From: Cetorhinus maximus
Lineage: Eukaryota
Length of the DNA: 64,000 nucleotides
Direction of reading: 5' to 3'
Assembly: GCF_964194155.1 (NCBI RefSeq)
Contig: NC_135901.1
Span: 21,390,001 to 21,454,000, forward strand
Shown: positions 62,252 through 64,000 of the stretch, one piece after another
Numbering within the stretch: position 1 is the stretch's first letter
Layout of the letters: every line of letters starts with the position of its first letter
Translations under genes and position numbers: made by a program
Notes under the pieces: generated by a model
Databases searched by the model: none
What the model was told of the DNA's origin: nothing
Seen by the model: only the letters and a program-made list of their open reading frames with translations

Positions 62252-62450
62252 CTGCAGCGGTTGGATTCTGCTGTTATCACTGCTGTTAATCATGTTCAGG
62301 ATTGATAGTCTGACAATGTCAAGTTTGTTTCTGCTGATGTTAACAACCCCTATAACTGGCTGGAGTTTAATATTCTGGAGATGTCACTGATACTCGGGAC
62401 TGCAGTGTCCCTTTTTAAAAACGCCATCTGTGATCATTCCCCTTAATTCA

Positions 62451-63345
62451 TGAACTGCTGGAAGGTCGGATCCATTCCACAGGATGTGCATGACACAACA
62501 ATAATCACAATTTACAAAAACAAAGGGGACAGAGGAGATTGCAACAAAAACTTTGTCCACCAAAGTTCCTCCGTCTCATCCACTCCTTTCATGACAACAT
62601 ACCTTGTACTGTACAGTTTGACGGCTCCACTTCTGACAGTTTCAGGGTGAAGAATGGAGTGAAACAGGGCTGTGTCCGAGTCCCCAATTTGTTTGGCATT
62701 TTCTTCTCCATGTTCCTGACCTTGGCCTTCCCTGCAGATATGGAAGGAGTTTCCCTGAATACTCGGTCAGATGGCAAACTCCACAATCTGTCCAGACTGA
62801 AAGTGAAGACAAAATACAGCCTGTCTCGATCAGAGACCTCCTCTATGCTGATGATGTCATGCTTGTGACTCACACAGAAACTCAGCTACAAAGACTCATG
62901 GACTGTCTCTCCCGTGTCTGTAACTTGTTCTCCCTTACTGTAAACATCAAGAAAACTGTGGTTTGGGAACTGGGTGTCCGTCCTTGATCACACTGGAAGT
63001 GGCCAGTGAAATCTGTGACTTTGGGTCCACAATGACAGACAATCTGTTTCTTGATGCAGAACTCGATACACGCATCGGGAAAGCGGCTCCACCTTTGGCT
63101 GACTCACATCAAGCTGTCTCTCAGCATCAAGATGCTGGTTTATGAGGCCTGTGTCCTCAGCACCTTGTTGTCTGGCTGTGAAACATGGACGATTTACAGT
63201 GATCAGGAAAGGAAGCTCAACAACTTTCACTTTCGCTGTTTGCGGCACATTCTGGGCATCTCAGGGACAGAATCAGGAATGTGGCAGTCCTTTCAAAGAC
63301 AAATCTCCCAAGTAGGCTGGGTCTCATCAAGCAGAGGTGACTTCA
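62451..63345 (+). mobile_element. Degenerate RTE LINE fragment
   Basis: IITIYKNKGDRGDC; GVKQGCV; LLYADD; LLSGCETW..RCLRHILGI. Confidence 0.85.
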
Positions 63346-63454
63346 CTGGCTCTGAAGAAGAGTCATATGGACTTGAAACATAACTCTGTTTCTCTCTCCA
63401 CAGATGCTGTCAGACCTGCTGGGTTTTTCCAGAATTTTTTGTTTCTACCCCATA

Positions 63455-63660
63455 AGAGGCTTCTGGCCTCCCTTCCATGGCCTTGTCCATGCCTGGGTGG
63501 CTCTGGAGAGGGAGCATGTGGTGTCCATTCATACGGCTGATACTTTCCACCACTGGTGGGTACCTCAAGATACAGAGTGTCTCAGAGACACTGGAAACAA
63601 CATTCTGGTTTAGTTAGGAAGGTTCTCTTCACTCTTGTTGGGGCTTTGATGCTGATTTTG
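63455..63660 (+). mobile_element. Old Tx1-type 3' end in intron (paralog of 5790-6130)
   Basis: gggagcatgtggtgtcc..tacagagtgt..aacaacattctggtt..aaggttctct..ctcttgttggg shared with 6016-6135. Confidence 0.55.
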
Positions 63661-63786
63661 GGCTCTTTTCATTTAATTGGACAACGTGCTTGAGAGAAGA
63701 AAGTATGTTCTGTAGAAACTAGAATTGTCTGATCTGAATTTCTATCCTGGACTGACGGTGATAACTTTTGTCAACTGTATTTACAG

Positions 63787-64000
63787 GATATTAGAAGGAG
63801 ATGATTTGAAGATGGGAAACTCAAACCAAACATCTCATCACGATCTGACAGAGTCACTCGATTCATCAGGACCTGAATATCATCAGTCTTTGAATGACGA
63901 AGGAAAAATGTTTGTTCTGATTGTGGGAAAAGATTTCAAGCATCAGTGTAACTGGAAAAGCACCAAGACACACACACCCGAGTGAGAGTGCTACAGTGCA
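63787..64000 (+). other. Start of another class 1 ZNF terminal exon (runs off the window)
   Basis: tttacag|gatattagaagg..NSNQTSHHDLTESLDSSGPEYH..cacacacccgagtgagagtg. Confidence 0.8.

Overview
Vertebrate genomic DNA, most likely a shark or other cartilaginous fish (inferred from the repeat content). The window is a tandem and inverted cluster of KRAB-less C2H2 zinc-finger genes, each with its array in one coding exon. There are seven near-complete arrays: about 6.6 kb (+), 20.1 kb (+, pseudogene), 25.7 kb (-), 31.1 kb (+), 41.6 kb (+, frameshifted), 48.6 kb (+) and 61.3 kb (+), plus several remnants. The genes fall into two classes. Both share a cassette made of a CpG-island promoter (CCAAT/GC, NRF1, YY1 motifs), a short first exon with a GT donor, a conserved acceptor, a leader and a conserved 3' UTR. 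The spacers are filled with CR1, L2, RTE, L1/Tx1 and Penelope retroelements, tRNA-derived SINEs and minisatellites. The main leads are: (1) a putative spliced 15-codon uORF that ends at the same stop in several paralogs; (2) a fossil coding leader with shared stops; (3) shuffled, inverted and gene-converted promoter modules; (4) hammerhead-ribozyme relics in Penelope termini; (5) a double Tx1 insertion with a triplicated target site; (6) a possible stop-readthrough tail. All coordinates were read by eye and repeat boundaries are approximate. Splicing and expression are inferred, not observed.
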